From Amoebophrya sp. A120 (taxonomy: Eukaryota > Protista > Dinoflagellata), in NCBI GenBank assembly GCA_905178155.1, contig CAJINV010000008.1, positions 1,116,001 to 1,180,000 of the forward strand: 64,000 nt of DNA, read 5' to 3'. Positions 25,975 to 39,100 of the stretch are shown one piece after another. The position numbers and the translations under genes are program-made. Numbering within the stretch: position 1 is the first letter of the stretch; each line of letters opens with the position of its first letter. The notes beneath the pieces are model-generated. The model made no database searches. It worked only from the letters and a program-made list of their open reading frames with translations, and had not been told where the DNA came from.

Positions 25975-28900
25975 GTGAATGTTTTTCAATGTGCAGCGTC
26001 CACGACCAACATGCTCTACCTTCACACGAGAAGTGCCACCTTCGCACAGCGGAAACATGTCGTTGGTCTCGTGTTCTTCCTTGCTGTCGTTTCGTTGTGC
26101 CGCAGAGGTACTCTGCCGGTTACTTCGGGCCTGAAATTTGAGTCTCGCTTTGACAGCAGATCTGGTGGAAGCAGCGGCTCCTCCTCTAGGTCTCCCATCT
26201 TCACAGGAGCCGTTGGTGGAAGCGATGTTGGTGCGAGAGCCACTGGGTTTCGTTTCGGCAGCGCGGTATTCGGACACGGAGCTAGTACTTCCTCTTCGCC
26301 GGGAAGAAAGATTCGCCGCACACCTCGTCGGCCAATTCGGAGCTACGAGTTTCGTTTCTATTTTGCGCTGCGCATGCAGTTGATGTATGATGGTGGAGAC
26401 CAAGTTTGCGGAGTGGCAGCAGGCCGAGATCGAGATGATCAGAAAACTCGGTATGCTGATGCCGGTTCCCAGGTTCTTGCTTCTCGGACAGACAACAGCA
26501 ACGTAAAGAAAAACCGCATTGAGTGCGCCGTTTGTTTACAGCAGATTGACGGCAGAGCCTGCCTCATGCGATGCGGACATGCCTTCTGTCTTGAGTGTAG
26601 CGAACATTTGGAAAGCCTTGGAGGAGAACAGGTTCACGCCAGGAAGTGTCCGCTTTGCCGCAAAGGTGACTCCACCGAGCTTCCGAGCACCCGTTTTCTG
26701 ACAAATTGCATGGAGGCGATCTACTCAGCAGGAGAGATGACGGCAGCAGGGGGAGCAGGAGCGGCAAGCGTGGTGGCAGGAGGTACAACTCCTCGCGATC
26801 TTTTTGGCGCATGTGCCCAGCGAAGTGATGCTCGTGCTGGTAGTACCCTGGCGTCCTGTAGTTGCCGGCGAGAACTTTGCCCGCGCCAAGTGTGTGTGAA
26901 CGATCTGAACGATTTGCGCAACGTCGACGCTTTTGTTTCATTGTTCATCGAGGGTGCAGCGGAGGATGCCGCTGTCCTCGATTCTGAGACACGTCGCCGA
27001 GCTTGGGAAACCGCCGTTATTCCTTACATGGAGAAGGAAATCCAGCAAAGCCTACGGAAAGAAACAACAATTTTGCAACGCACGAAAGCCGCGCAAATGA
27101 AAAATAGCGAGTCGGCGGAACAAGAGAAAAAAGTGAAGTCAAAGCTACGCCAGTGCTACGGGGCAGCGAGAGGTTGCAAGGAGCACGCTGCCAGGCAGAA
27201 AAATGACTATTGTGACGTTGCGCACACCTACCTTGAGAATGCCGTAGCTTTATGCTGTGGATCCTGGGAGTGTTTGTGTCACTGTGCCCCTCCTGAGCTG
27301 GAAGTTGCTCAACTGCGTGTACAGGCGAACAACCAACGGTTGGAAGAGCGACGAGTCCGCAGGCGCGAGCGAATTAGTAGAGCGACGCTGATGCGAATTG
27401 ACGACATACAACCGGCACACGACCCGGGCGTCGACCCGAATATCGGCAGTAGCAACAGTGATAACATCGAGCAGGAGCAAGCCGAAGGAGAGAACGCTTT
27501 CCAGCAAAAACATGCACACGAAGCTGAAGGCCAACGAACATCACCTGCGGTTAATGCTCGTCTGGACCGCGAAGTATTCGTGCGCACGCGCGCAGTCCAG
27601 GATTTGGTGCGCGCTTTCGGCAGCTATCACGCGTGTCGCTTTGCGGCGTTGGCGCTCGCAGAGGAAGCCAGAAAACACGACAAGAAAGCCAGAAAACAGG
27701 AAAATCGACATGGTGACGACGAATGCTGCTGTTGTTGTTGTTGTAGCTGTTGCATCAATCCCGGCACAGCGGCTAAGTGGTGGGACATGAGCACCAGCGG
27801 CTCGCGGTCAACCACGCTGCGACAAGAGCTGAAAAAGCCTCTGCTCCGACGCGAGCGCCACATTGCTGTGGCTCCGAGGCAGCAACAGATGGTCGGTGGT
27901 GGAGGGGCACCAGCTGCAGGTTCGTCGCCGTTGCCAAGTAGTCTTCACGTCCAAGAAGTAGATCACGATAGCGTTGTTCTGGACGATGAAGCTGCACGAC
28001 CAGGGCAGGGGCGAGCAGCGCCGTTCCTGCGAAAGCCATTGACGGCGGATTCCGACGAGGATTCCGGACAGGAAGCGGACGCTGCTGCTCTAAAGCCTAA
28101 TTGGCGAAGCGACTCGTTGCTCCTACTGGCTGACGGCGAGGAGCCGATGTGGAGTGCCGAGCTGGACGAAGAGCTATGGAAAGCCAGGTGGTGGTGCAAT
28201 TGCAGCCGTCTCGCGTTCGCTCTTCTGTTTCTTGCCTGCGACGTGACTTACCTGTCGGCCAACACGGTATGGTGTCTTGCCGGGCACTGCTTGTGCGACA
28301 CGGAGGCATCGTGCGAGGGTTTGTTCTGCTGCTGGCTGTGTCCCTGTGTCAGGACTTTAATGCTTGAGGGCACCGCGGAAACCGGGCCGCCTCCATGTTG
28401 CCCCAGTTGGGAGGGGCCCGGCGAGGATGTGACTGAAGCATGGTGCTGCCCGCCCACTTTTCACTGGGCTCTAAATTGTTGTTGCGACCACGCCACGCGG
28501 ATTCCCCGGGTCATTGCGGAGGAGTGCTGTGCGACCAAGGATGCCATTTTGAGCCTTTGCCCGCGGTCACTGGTGAGGCGCTGCAGGAGAGGATCCTCGA
28601 CTGACGGGAAGACAGGCAGCCACGTCGGCCCCACAAGCTCATCCATGCAACGCTGTGCCAGCATTTTGCTTCGGTTACTCCGGGACCCTGCACTGTTCCC
28701 GAACGAAGAAGAGTTGGCAAGAACAGACAAATCCAAATCGTCCTTCCCGCGTGCACCCTCGATGGCACTGCGAAGAGAGATTACCAAGCAATGCCCGCTA
28801 CTTCGGATGGCCGTCGCGAACCCGAAGTGCCTAACGCTGCTGCGTGATCTGCAGTTGGCGATCTTGCTGGCAGACCAGGAAGAGCATCAAACTGCATCGG

Positions 28901-29121
28901 CAGGCGATGGCGCCACGGAAAATACCGTACGCGACGGCGAGGAACACGACGTGCCACTGGTTGCAACAAGTGAGGACGGTTCATACCGATATCCGCAAGG
29001 TCATTTTTTTTGCTGGGACACTGGGCAAGACCGAGACTCGGACTCCCGTAGTTCGAGCCGGGCCGCCTCGGCTTCCTCTGATCTTCAAGACGTCGCAGAA
29101 GATTCCGGACGGGAGGAGTAG
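25975..29121 (+). CDS. C3HC4 RING-finger protein with Cys-rich clusters (start codon uncertain)
   Basis: CAVC...CGHAFCLEC...KCPLCR RING motif in a 1048-codon intronless ORF; many CC/CCC clusters and a hydrophobic segment. Confidence 0.75.
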   Translation: MNVFQCAASTTNMLYLHTRSATFAQRKHVVGLVFFLAVVSLCRRGTLPVTSGLKFESRFDSRSGGSSGSSSRSPIFTGAVGGSDVGARATGFRFGSAVFGHGASTSSSPGRKIRRTPRRPIRSYEFRFYFALRMQLMYDGGDQVCGVAAGRDRDDQKTRYADAGSQVLASRTDNSNVKKNRIECAVCLQQIDGRACLMRCGHAFCLECSEHLESLGGEQVHARKCPLCRKGDSTELPSTRFLTNCMEAIYSAGEMTAAGGAGAASVVAGGTTPRDLFGACAQRSDARAGSTLASCSCRRELCPRQVCVNDLNDLRNVDAFVSLFIEGAAEDAAVLDSETRRRAWETAVIPYMEKEIQQSLRKETTILQRTKAAQMKNSESAEQEKKVKSKLRQCYGAARGCKEHAARQKNDYCDVAHTYLENAVALCCGSWECLCHCAPPELEVAQLRVQANNQRLEERRVRRRERISRATLMRIDDIQPAHDPGVDPNIGSSNSDNIEQEQAEGENAFQQKHAHEAEGQRTSPAVNARLDREVFVRTRAVQDLVRAFGSYHACRFAALALAEEARKHDKKARKQENRHGDDECCCCCCCSCCINPGTAAKWWDMSTSGSRSTTLRQELKKPLLRRERHIAVAPRQQQMVGGGGAPAAGSSPLPSSLHVQEVDHDSVVLDDEAARPGQGRAAPFLRKPLTADSDEDSGQEADAAALKPNWRSDSLLLLADGEEPMWSAELDEELWKARWWCNCSRLAFALLFLACDVTYLSANTVWCLAGHCLCDTEASCEGLFCCWLCPCVRTLMLEGTAETGPPPCCPSWEGPGEDVTEAWCCPPTFHWALNCCCDHATRIPRVIAEECCATKDAILSLCPRSLVRRCRRGSSTDGKTGSHVGPTSSSMQRCASILLRLLRDPALFPNEEELARTDKSKSSFPRAPSMALRREITKQCPLLRMAVANPKCLTLLRDLQLAILLADQEEHQTASAGDGATENTVRDGEEHDVPLVATSEDGSYRYPQGHFFCWDTGQDRDSDSRSSSRAASASSDLQDVAEDSGREE

Positions 29122-30544
29122 AGCAAGAGGCCTTTCGCAGCTGCTCTGCGGCTGCAGCTGTGTTGTCAACCTCGGACTTTCGCGAAGAAAATGTAGTTCT
29201 AAGCACTTGGCTCTGCTAGCACATGGGAGGGTAAGCTGTGCGATTAGTCTTGGCATGCGGCTTGGACATGGGTCGCCTTGACGATTGGTGCTAGTCCTGT
29301 TGATGAAGTCTCTCTGTACAAAAGCAAAACCACTGTAAAAAAAATGAAAAACAAAAGTAGAAAGTATCGCATGAACATAGCTCTCGTTCCCAATAATTCC
29401 AATGGATTTATTTTTATCGATTTCAATAATTTTGGTTTCTGCTCCTGTTTCGATATGATGAGATTTGGTTTCCTTGCGCACGCAGGCCGCATTTGGAATG
29501 GAAAGAAAGAACAAAAGGACTGCGAAACATCAAGACACAACAGTCTGAAGCAACGCAAAGGAAGATGTAAATCTAAATGTAATGTTAAGAAAATGAAGAC
29601 AAACCCATGTATAAACAGATGATGTAATTCCAATCCTACTAAACTATGACCGCCTCCGCCAGCAAGACTACGCTGCAAGTGCATTGACATTGAGTCTCCC
29701 TTAGAGTCTTGTAGACCACGTGCAATCTCATTCCTGCTTTATTTGTTTCCATGTCGCTTTTTTGGTAGGAGGTTCGCCGTACGTGTCGGTCAGACAGCGC
29801 AATTTGCACAATTGCATGTGGTTTCAAACCTGCGCTTTCCTTGTATGTTGTAATTATCACAACTTATCAGGTAAGTACAGTAGCGAGAGGTTAAGTTATC
29901 ATGCCAGACAAATCACAGAAACAGAGAAAAAGAACTACTTAAAACACCGACCAGCAGACGAGGGAGAGAAAGTGGAGAGAGTCAAAAAGAAAGCAATTTC
30001 AAACCAATACATAGGTCTAGGTTGGTTAACTTCATCGTGCACGAATGTGACTCCCTGGTGCATGTTCTCGAGCAGTTTGGTTCTCGTCTGTTTCTGGCGT
30101 TGTCAAATGTTGGAATGTTGATTCCAAAATTTCCTCCTCTAGCTTAATGTTGCAAAGACAGGTCCTCCCTCTTCCACCAAGTGGATTCACTCACTGTACA
30201 CCCGAAAGTGATTTGTCGCTACTGTTGAAGTAGTACAGCTATAAAAGTAGTTCGATGGATTAATATACAATAGGTACTTCTAGTAGTTCTAGTTGTAGTA
30301 TAGACGTTGAAGATCATTGTTCGCGCATCCGGCTACTTCCAACCGAACCTGCGTTCTTGAGTCTGCTTATTATTGAGGGCGTTTCGTTTCCGAACATTAA
30401 TAGCCGACCCGGCCCGGGGGGTTTATTTTGAAGCAGGTAAGAAGCGACGCGGCGTCGACGTGTCGTGTCACACCAGAGTATATTTCATGCTGGTTCTACT
30501 TCTACTTACGTCCCGGTCGTCCCTCTAAATCTATCACATCAATC

Positions 30545-33500
30545 ATGTCGAATTGGTTCGACCGCGCCAAGGCGTGGACGAGCGAGGCCGCCGTGAAGGT
30601 AACGGAAGCGACGCAGAAGGGTTACGAAAAGACGAAAGATGCGACGATCAAGGCGAAGGAAATTGCCAAGCAAAAGCTGGGCCGCATGGAGACGGCCCAG
30701 GAGCTGACGAAGATTTTGGAGGAGAAGGCACGGAACGCGGTGACGCTGATATCAAATGTAAAAATGTCTGGGTCTGGAAGAATGCAAGTTTGTCATGCTT
30801 GTCTGGCATGACTCTTAAATCTGTCATGCGCATTACCAAAGAGCCCCACTTTTCTGTCATGCAGAGACGTAGTTTGTCATGCAGATTAGGCAACACCTAG
30901 AAGCTCAGAAACTTGTCATGCTGAGCCAGCAATTGTGGCCTCCTCATGATACGCCGCACAGCATCACAAGTTTCCAGCAGACCCAGACATTTTTGCATTT
31001 GATAGCTGACCCAGATCGCGGACTTGCACCGCTCCTGGATCTCGTCGATGAACCGGAAGGACGGGCCGAGCTACATTTTGCCCTCCTACGCCTGGGAGGT
31101 ATCAACTGCAAAAATGTCCGGGTCTGGAAGATTCTGAGACTTTGACTTGTCATGTACGTTTTGCATGAGCCATGAGGTCTGGAATGCGAGGCCTAGCATG
31201 ACAGATTCTCTGGGGTCTCTATCATGCCTTTCCTGCGTGAGAAACTCCCGCGCAATTTGGTCAAAAGCGGACAGCTTTTGGTACTCACGCAACACAGATT
31301 TTTGCATCATTCGGATTTAGCATGACAAGTTCTAATCTTCCAGACCCAGACATTTTTGCATTTGATAAGAGGAAAACTTGAACAACCCGGACGCCGATGT
31401 CGTGGAGCGCCAGTTGTCGACGGATGCTGCGGTCTATCAAATGTAAAAATGTCTAGGTCTGGAAGATTACAACTTGTCATGCTGTTTTTGGACTCTAAAA
31501 AAATTTGTATTGCATGGCCGGCAAGATGGGTGCAATTTGTGCTTACACGGAGAGGGCATTCCTCATGCGGAAGGTGCATCAGGAAGCCCTCTAAAAGTCT
31601 GCGATGCTAGGTCATGCATTACAAACATCATGGGTCATGAGAAATATGCATGACAAATCTCGCATTCTTCTAGACCCAGACACTTTTGCAATTCATACGG
31701 TCGTGGCGGAGAGTCCAGGGGAACAAACCTCGACCACCACATCATCCGGGGACACGAGCAGTTCGAAAGAAACGACGCCCGCAGGAGGGGGAAAGGAAAA
31801 GGAAAACAAATCGATATTTTCAAAAATCTCCTCCGTCGTCAGCAAACGGGCTGGCTCGCACGAGGCAATCATGGCGGAACGAGAAGCGGCCGCAAAGGAT
31901 CCAAACAAACGAATTCTGTCGTTCAAACAGGTGCAGCTTGTTTTCCTGACAAGTAGTTTTCACCAGTGAATGGGAGTTGTATCGCCAGTTGCTTCAATAT
32001 CAATGCCGTCACTACAACTTCTCATGCTACTACTGGTGCGTAATAATTTCCACGCATGCTGCTTTTGTGCTCGTCAAGAGTGAATTTTTTGAATTTGATT
32101 GGTTACATTCATTCCAGTTCACTTGGGCTAGTGGTGATGCCGAACACGACATCATCTCAACTCCAAGGTATTCCTGCGGTCCCGGGCATTGGAGATCACG
32201 ATGGAAACTATTTTGTGTGACGAGTACATGCGGAAGCGCTTTGCGCCACCAACACCTGACGACCACAGCTCGCATTCGTTTTACTTCTACTCGTTGTTGC
32301 AAAACGCGCTGTCGTGTCCCCCGGAAATCTGGGGCGGGCTCTTGCGGACCGCCACGGAAGCAGAGCTCCTGACTGACTACCACATTCGATGGCTGTCAAG
32401 GCTGTTTGGCGTGCTGAAGATCGACTGGTTGGACGAGGTATTCCACAGCGAAAGGAAAGACATGGCAGTTCGGGCGGAGCAGCTACGAAACGAAATTCGC
32501 AGCGTCAAGACGGCACTGCCGAGCCTCACTGATCTCGAGATTGAAAAGCACCACAAGAAAAAAGTCACGGCGAGTCGCGACCTGGTACTATATTTATAAT
32601 TTTTTTCTTTTCAGCTGGACGAGAATTGATTCGGGGGAAATCAGATGGAAACGAGATTGAATGATGATAATCATTAATCAATTCGAAATAAGAACACGAC
32701 AGGGACACAGGGCCATCATCAAAGATGAGGACGGCCATCCTTTAACTTTATCTATGAATTGGAACAAGTTCTGTATGCAACATCCACAACGAGGAACAGC
32801 GAAAATAAGTATGAATATGAACAACTTTTCGCCAGGTCCAACTGTATAAAGGACTCCGAGTCAATATGGAGGAAGCTTTGAAGCATCGACAAGTGACGCT
32901 GCAAAAACGTGATGAGAACATGAAGAATCTCGAACTGGAAATGACGAACTACAAGACCGAGCTGGGTTCCACCACGGTGTCAAGTATGGAAACCCGGGAG
33001 AAGCTGACAAAAGAGCTTGCGGAAGCAGCGGAAGTGCTCAAGGTAGATCTGGAATCCATTGACAAAGACCGTCTCGCTGTCGACCAGGAAATCGAAGAGC
33101 TCGAAGTGCGCAAGAAGAACCTAAAACTGGAAATCGAGGAGGTAAAAAGTTGTAAGGGCACTGCGACTTCTACTTTCTTGAATCTTTTGAATCCACCGAT
33201 TTCCTTGCATGACTTGTCCTTGAGTTTGAGTAGCACGATCTTATTTCGTACCTACGTACTTGTTGAGTTCCATAGTTGTTTCCGATCGCCAGCCCGGCAG
33301 ACATAGTTTTTGCTATAGGTGAATACAACGACGACTTCAGGTGACGCAATTGCTGCTCATAGCGCGGCAGAAGCAGAAGCACTTCATGACCGAGCAGGAC
33401 CAGAAGCGAAACAACATGTACTCCGAAAAGAACAATTTCAAGCGTCAGATCTCCGAGAAGGAGCGGCTGGCCCTGGAGTGTGAAATTGGGGGCAAGGTGC

Positions 33501-34762
33501 TCGAGGAGATCCACAAGATCGTGGAGGTCACAGAGAAGCAAATGTCGGCGTCGCTCGGAAAACAAATTTCGGAGCTGGGGAAGAAGCGCGACCAATTTGA
33601 CCAGCACTTTGTCGAGGTGCTACGCGATCATTGCCGGTACGAGGACGACAGGCTTGTGTCCATCGGGGAAATCGCAAAGGTTAGCTGCAGCCGGCTCATA
33701 AAGCTGAACGATGGGGACGAGACGCTGGTGATGCAGGAAACTGCCAAAGCCGCCGGCGCTGCAACGGGCGATGGTACTTTTCGTATAGCTGCGCATTTAG
33801 ATTTAGTCACCTTTGGCACCTGCGGCCGGACTTCTTCACCTTTTGTAGCTTGTTTGTACCGTCGTAGCTTGATTTTACTGGCGTTTCATCGTGTTGCTTC
33901 GCGTTGTCGTTTCTCCGGAAAAAACACAAGTGATGTCTTTGCTTTCTACAGGATCTTCGGCAGCCCCGCAGCAACTGACGCGAGCAGAATTTCTGGTGCG
34001 CGAGCGGCATGTCTTCACAAAGGCAACGCACGACCTCGAGTTGGTTTGGACGGACATTATGAGCTTCAAAAAACAGCACGAGGACATTATCGCTTCCAGT
34101 CCAGTTTTGAAGGACCTGGTTTCCAGGATGGAAACAAAATACCGACAAATCAAACAGCATCTTTCGCCTGGTATATTGATGAAGAAGAGCTATCCCTTGT
34201 CGTCATTTTGTGAGGTATCTCCGAGAGCAAAAATAATCAAAATGTTGAAGCTGATGGCTCTTTTTTAAAAGAAGCGTTGTTACAACCAAGAAAATCAAGT
34301 CAATGTCGCGTACAAATTTCAGGTTTGGAAATGATGGTCCAAGCCAGCATGCAAAGTCCGGTGGGCACACCGGACGCGGGCTCCGTTGGATCTATCCAGC
34401 CTACCGAGGCCCAAGTGGAGGCTATGCCCCCGGTTCAGACGCACACGCAGGTGCAGCAAGCTCCACCACCGCCCCCACCCGCACCTCCGGTGGTTGTGGA
34501 AAAGAAGGAAGCACCACCTGCTCCTGCCGCGCCGCCGGCCCCGGTTGTCGCAGCAGAAGCGAAAGAGCAGGACCCAGCTCCTCCAGTGGTTGTAAAACAA
34601 TCCAAACCGGAACCACCAGCAGCGCCGACGTCTCCGGTCGCTGCAAAAGTAGATGCCCCTCCGCCTGTCGACGACGTGGTCGATGCGGCTGTTACTGAGC
34701 CAACAAGCACAACTGCAGCTAAAACAGCCGAAGGCGAAGATGAGGATTTTGCCATTGCCTAA
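30545..34762 (+). CDS. Multi-exon coiled-coil hypothetical protein with Pro/Ala-rich C-terminus; contains three TIR elements
   Basis: Starts MSNWFDRAKAWTSEAAVK. After removing the elements it reads ...NAVTL|TQIADLHRSW...YAWE|ENLNNPDAD...DAAV|VAESPGEQ. Further GT-AG introns follow (e.g. 31931-32168, 32585-32835); ends ...EDFAIA-stop at 34762. Confidence 0.75.
30750..31004. mobile_element. Introner-like MITE, family A (A1, opposite orientation to 8807-9070)
   Basis: TIR TATCAAATGTAAAAATGTCTGGGTCTG / CAGACCCAGACATTTTTGCATTTGATA. TSD GCTGA at 30745-30749 and 31005-31009. The interior is a diverged reverse complement of the 8807 element. Confidence 0.93.
31100..31367. mobile_element. Introner-like MITE, family A (A2)
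   Basis: TIR TATCAACTGCAAAAATGTCCGGGTCTGGAAGAT / ATCTTCCAGACCCAGACATTTTTGCATTTGATA. TSD GGAGG / AGAGG (4 of 5 match). Interior similar to 40411-40675. Confidence 0.92.
31435..31697. mobile_element. Introner-like MITE, family A (A3)
   Basis: TIR TATCAAATGTAAAAATGTCTAGGTCTGGAAGA / TCTTCTAGACCCAGACACTTTTGCAATTCATA. TSD CGGTC at 31430-31434 and 31698-31702. Confidence 0.92.
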
Positions 34763-36150
34763 TCAGCGGTTTTTTCCAATATCACCTGTACACTACTAAT
34801 TGTAATTTCAATCGAATACTTTTTTACTTACAAATACGAGCTGACGCAAGAGCACCGTGTATCCAAATCCCCGTCGGAGCGACTACTTCCAGCATTGTTG
34901 TACTTCCTCTCCTTTCAGATACGACGCACTTCAATGGTGCCCCCGGGATAAACTACTGTTGTTTAGATGATTTCTTCGATATTATATACGCAAGGCATTC
35001 TACCTCTACGTCTACCCCACCTACGAGGACCACGACGGCAGTGGCATCTGAACTTTTTGCTCCCCAATGGTTAAATAATGTCATGCGCTGTGGATGTGGT
35101 GGTTATGGTTTCCTAACTTCGCCGCGCCTTGATGGCATTTCCTGAACGTCAGAAACGAAAGCGATTGCATGCACCGGCCGTGAGAATCGTCGTGATTCAC
35201 CGGCCACTTTTGACATAACGACGAAATATTATTCTGCAACGAAGAGGATGATGATCACAATTATCGAAATCATGATAGCGGGCATTCTTATCCTTTTCTG
35301 GAGTGAAGATTGAAGACGTGCGCTTTTTGGTTTGTTCTTATGTGGTGTGACGAACAAATTGCAACTGTTTCCCGTGTTCTGTATGCGCTTTTCTTACTAT
35401 TTCATTTAATCTTGACCTTGAGGCCTTGCTCTCGTTCAAGCAAGATGCTTCAGGAAGCGCCATCGTGTGGTTTCGATTTTGGTCTTCGAGCCCAGGCGCT
35501 CGGAATTGAAATCGCAGGAGAGACCGGCATGATTTATCAGAACAAGGTCGTTATCGTCGCGAATGTCTTTCTTGAGAGAGAGGTAGAGAGTCGTAGCTCG
35601 ACGGAGCTCGTGTGCGTGGGGCCTTACAAATATCGTCCCTGCTCTGCCTTTGGTTCGTGACGTCTTTTTCGTTGTCATGGTCTGGAGGACATCGGCGGGG
35701 GATGCGTCGCTGTAGTGTCGATTTCGGAGGGATGGTAGCGAATTCGTTGTTGACCGCGATGCCTGGTCCTGTGCGGGCATGATGTATTGCTTTTCCACGT
35801 CTGCAACTTTCATCAAGTTGCTGTGAACGAGAAGCACATCTAGCAGGTCGAGTTCAGATATTGATATTATTATAAGCAAGTGAAGATGCTGATGTAGTAG
35901 TATTTGTAGATGACGAACTTGTCGACACGACCGTGATGAAACCTTGACATCAAGACAAAACCCTCTGCGGCGGGAGCCAGAGCTGCCCTACCACTTCTGG
36001 AATAGGCTTGTAATGATGTACAGTCGGAGAACGACGTAGGTCTGGGGGCCCGCTCCTGATCGTCTACACGACTGAGTTTTTCAATAAGTGGGTGCGGTCG
36101 TCGTGGAGATTAACTTGAACACTGTCCTCTCGTCCAGCACGCTTGCCAAG

Positions 36151-39100
36151 ATGGCACCGTCTGTTCCGCGGGAAGTGCAGAAATGGATGCAGATGCTCGC
36201 GCTGACGCATACCATCAAGGACGCAAAATTCGACTTGGCGAATGGGTACCTGATCGCGCAGATGTTCCAGCGGTACTACCCGAAGGACTGCTCTTTGTAC
36301 CAATACGAAAACGGTCAGTCCATTCACTGTAGATCCAACAACTGGGAGATGCTCTTCCGGCTCTTCAAGAAACTCAAATTTCCCTGCACTCGGGAAGAGT
36401 TCGACGAGGTGCTGCATCACGTGGACGACGCCGCCGTTTTGTTCCTGTGCAAAGTGTACGAGTTTCTCACAGGAAAGAAGGTTCTTTTTGTTTTTCTTGT
36501 TTCGTTTTTACTTTGTTTTATGCCGATGCTTTTCATTCGTCAAAGTCAAGTAAGAAGTAAAGCGCTTAAGTTCTGATGTCAGACAGTTTGCTTTACTTTT
36601 AGCTTTGACTTGTTCTCTCGTGAAATACGTTTTACGCGGAGAGAACATGATGTGCACAAACTCAGGTGGTGCTCTTTGGCAGTCCACAGAAACCAACGGA
36701 GCCGAGATTTGCGAAGCATACTGCCTCTTGGAAGCTGAAAGATGCGCATCTGGAGCGAATAGAGGACAACATTCACCGCACTATAAGACGAATCCAGACT
36801 CTGGAGCGGCACAACGACGATCTTGCCAGGGATCGCATAGGACCGGACGGTGCAGGTAAATGTAAATCTAAATTACTTATGCTCAACGCATGCAACGAAA
36901 ACGACGCTTGCAAGCTCAAACATTTTTGGTGCTGTATTTTTTGCCGTGAGCTGGTGTGAAGTAACGACGCTGATGCTTACTTAGCTGCTTTCAAAGTGAA
37001 TGCATTCTTATTTCTAATTCTAGGTGTTCGTCGCTTCATTGCGCTGGCCAAGGCACACGACACGGCCGACAACGACAAGCTAAGGTCGTTGAAATCCAAG
37101 ACGGAGACGGAAGTCACGGACACCCAAGGCCCAGTACGAGAGCAGACGGTGAATGCCATGCTCTCGAAAACCGCGGGCATGCAGAGCATGAACAGCGTGA
37201 GCAGTAACCAAACGACAAGACCAATCAAGAGTCAACAGACACACACGGCTTCGGTCATTGCCAATATCGGCTTTCACCAGCCGACAGGTATTTTTTCATG
37301 CACGATAGATAGATGCGGTTCATCTTCATACAGCTTGTACTTTTTGCTTTATGACGTTTTTGCAGACAATATCGGAAGATATAGATTTTCGAAACTCGTA
37401 CGTTTTTGCTCGTGGCTCGAACGGAGCCATTGGCGAACATTTTTTTTTCGTTGGTGCTTCTGCTTTCAACCTCTAGCTACGCGCCATGCATTTCCTTTTC
37501 ATTCAGGTACAATAAAAGCCACTCTGGACATCATAAAGCCACTGATTCTCGGGGAACTAGACAAGCAGACGTTGGCTCAGGCTGCGGATTCGGAGGAACT
37601 TGACCCAGTTATGGCCTTTATCGAGGCAACGCTGCGGGAAGCGCTCCCCGAGCCTTTGATCTTGAAGCTTTTCAAGGAGAAGTTGATAGCGCGCGCATCT
37701 CTCTTTATCGACAGTCTGTTGAAAAGCTCGGTGGAATTTTGGAAGACCTGGTCGGCCTTTCTCCCACTTCTCAACGAGCTACCTGCAAGAAGCAAAGTTT
37801 TCGAATCCGTATAACTCTATTCAAGCAATTTCGACCCTTGTATTTCTTTTTGATTTTTTTTTCCTTCGTCTATCATGTAAAAGTAAAAAAATCTAAATGT
37901 AAATGCGTTTTTGCTTGTGACGCTGCATTTCTTGGCTACAAAACACGACAGGCGATGGACTTCTGGAAGCGGGTCGGAGAGCTTTGCAAAAACCGGGACG
38001 AAGCGCTCACGCAAAAGTGCATGCTTAACGTGTGTCTGCCCTCCCTCGTGCAGCTTATGCACGCGGATGCGACGAAGCGAGAGACGTGCTGTCAGCTTGT
38101 CTACACCTTCTTAACGGGCGAGGTCACACACGCGGATCAGAGCGGGTTAAGCTTACCCCGCGCGGTAGCTCGTTTGCAGGCGCTGAAAACCGTGAAGGAT
38201 CTTCTGTTCGAAAAATTTGGCAACAAGTTCGTCACGAGCTACGTTCCGTGCCTAGCGTGCTTCGTGCACTGGGACTGCTCCCCGAGTCAGCCGCTGACCG
38301 ACCATTTGCTTGACTTGTATCTGTATTACGCCCTGCTTGCGCTGCAAATGCCCCAGCCACGACTGCGAATGGCGGGGCTCACACTCCTGACCAGCATCGC
38401 CGGAAGCGGGTACAGCCACCTCATATTTGTTTCATACGTATTTTCTTCGTCGCCGGCTCGTTTCTTTTCTCAATATGAATATGAATCATGCGAGCCTGAG
38501 GCTAGAGTGGTTCACAAACTAACCAGCGCTCACAGTGAGTGCGAGCACAAGACGAGCCGAAAAATTTTTGAAGCAATTCGCTTATTTCCGCTCTACTTGT
38601 CCTTGTGCACGATGATCCCCATTAGGCGGTGAGATTCTTCCACTCCAAAATAAAAAATAATCGAAGGTCGTCCGATGCGGTCTTGTCTCTGGTCGCATCG
38701 TTGAAGGGCTTGATGTACGACTCCTGGTGGGAGGTTCAGGCAGGTTTGTTGCTGCTGGTTTCCACACTCTTGCTGAAGTACTTCCCCGGGTACACCACGC
38801 AGCCCCTTTCCCCGCAAAACACGACCGCGGTGGAGGATCTGTTGAAGATTGTGAAGCACGTCGTGAACCCGCAGACCGCCAGCAAGAATGTGCTCCAGGT
38901 CGGCTTGAGCTATTTCAGCCGCAACCTGCACCAACTGGTGCTGCCGCCTACAATATCAAATGTAAAAGTGTCTGGGTCTGGAAGAATGCAAGATTTGTCA
39001 TGCATATTTCTCATGACCCATAATGCCTGTAATGCTTGAACTAGCATCGCAGACTTTTAGAAGGCTTCCTGATGCACCTTCCGCATGAGAAATGGCCCGT

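Noticed and set aside
8807-31697. U-G wobble bias in family A TIR mismatches (TGTA left, TGCA right) as evidence of RNA-level selection
   Set aside because: It is seen in three copies, but the same TIRs also contain A-C, A-G, C-C and A-A mismatches, and the sample is too small.
35310-35879. Short ORFs between genes (also 1823-2080, 5074-5376, 41784-41978)
   Set aside because: No recognisable motifs, splice context or coding-like bias.
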